49,551 bases of DNA from Gallionella sp. (GTDB lineage Bacteria > Pseudomonadota > Gammaproteobacteria > Burkholderiales > Gallionellaceae). Of this stretch, positions 49,039 through 49,551 are shown one piece after another (positions within the stretch are counted from its first letter, which is position 1; every line of letters starts with the position of its first letter). Position numbers and translations under genes: made by a program. The notes beneath the pieces are model-generated. The model saw nothing but the letters and a program-made list of their open reading frames with translations, was not told where the DNA came from and did not search any database. The stretch lies in the NCBI GenBank assembly GCA_024653675.1, contig JANLIB010000164.1, positions 1-49,551 of the forward strand, written 5' to 3'.

Positions 49039-49067
49039 ATAAATACCCATCAATCAAACACGCCCTT

Positions 49068-49551
49068 TTACCCTCCATAATCCAATTCCACACCCACATC
49101 GCCCGCCCAATCCTTCGGCACAATACCGGCTTGCACGTAACGATGAAACGACGAATGCGACCACTCTGCAACACGCGACACCAAGCCGTGCTTGACCGGA
49201 TTGATATGGATGTAATCGACATGCCGTGAAAAATCCGCCTCGTCGCGGATGAGATGTTCCCAATATCGCCGCTGCCATACTCCACGCTCGCCTTTGATTT
49301 GCCGGCTCTTGGAGCGACGCTCGCCATGCGGCAAGCCACGCGAGAAGACCGTTTTGATTAGCTTCCAGCGTAGCGCGAAATCGCTGTCTCCGGCAGGCAA
49401 CGTCCAGATGGCGTGAAGGTGATCCGGCAATACCACAATGGCGTCCACGATGAAGGGATGTCGCTCACGGGTATATTCAAAAGCGCTGCGCAACAATGCG
49501 ATGTGATCGGTTAGTAAGGATTGCGAGCGGTCGGCAAGATTCACCGTGAAG
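49068..49551 (-). CDS. RAYT transposase (5' end outside the window)
   Basis: FTVNL, VVLPDHLH, WQRRYWEHLIRD, YIHINPVKHG, WSHSSF. Confidence 0.9.
   Translation of the reverse strand, partial: FTVNLADRSQSLLTDHIALLRSAFEYTRERHPFIVDAIVVLPDHLHAIWTLPAGDSDFALRWKLIKTVFSRGLPHGERRSKSRQIKGERGVWQRRYWEHLIRDEADFSRHVDYIHINPVKHGLVSRVAEWSHSSFHRYVQAGIVPKDWAGDVGVELDYGG

Overview
About 50 kb of a betaproteobacterial chromosome; a Nitrosomonadales/Gallionellaceae-like host is inferred from gene content. The backbone is housekeeping: T2SS gspE-gspF-gspC-like, tRNA-Val, dnaB-rplI-rpsR-rpsF, trmH-like, scpBA, trpS, yciO/PHP, ratAB, smpB, msrA, rnhB-lpxBA-fabZ-lpxD-skp-bamA-rseP-dxr-cdsA-uppS-frr-pyrH-tsf, ilvD, rpsB, ybbAP/tesA, an S49 peptidase, a HAD phosphatase and rlmM. 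Almost every gene junction carries a small selfish element. These include three RAYT (HUH) transposases, each beside a different GTAG-REP family, four type II toxin-antitoxin pairs, several MITEs, at least five non-GTAG palindrome families, a two-cassette integron array without an integrase, and a collapsed P4-like integrase islet at tRNA-Val. The palindromes are often nested and are repeatedly inserted in frame into proteins. The strongest candidate for a new system is a DUF559 (Vsr-like) endonuclease gene bracketed by ~41-bp hairpin inverted repeats. Empty copies of those repeats occur across the window, and the insertion is flanked by a diverged, mostly synonymous 70-bp duplicate of the 5' end of the host gene. 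All calls come from reading the sequence; no database searches were run.
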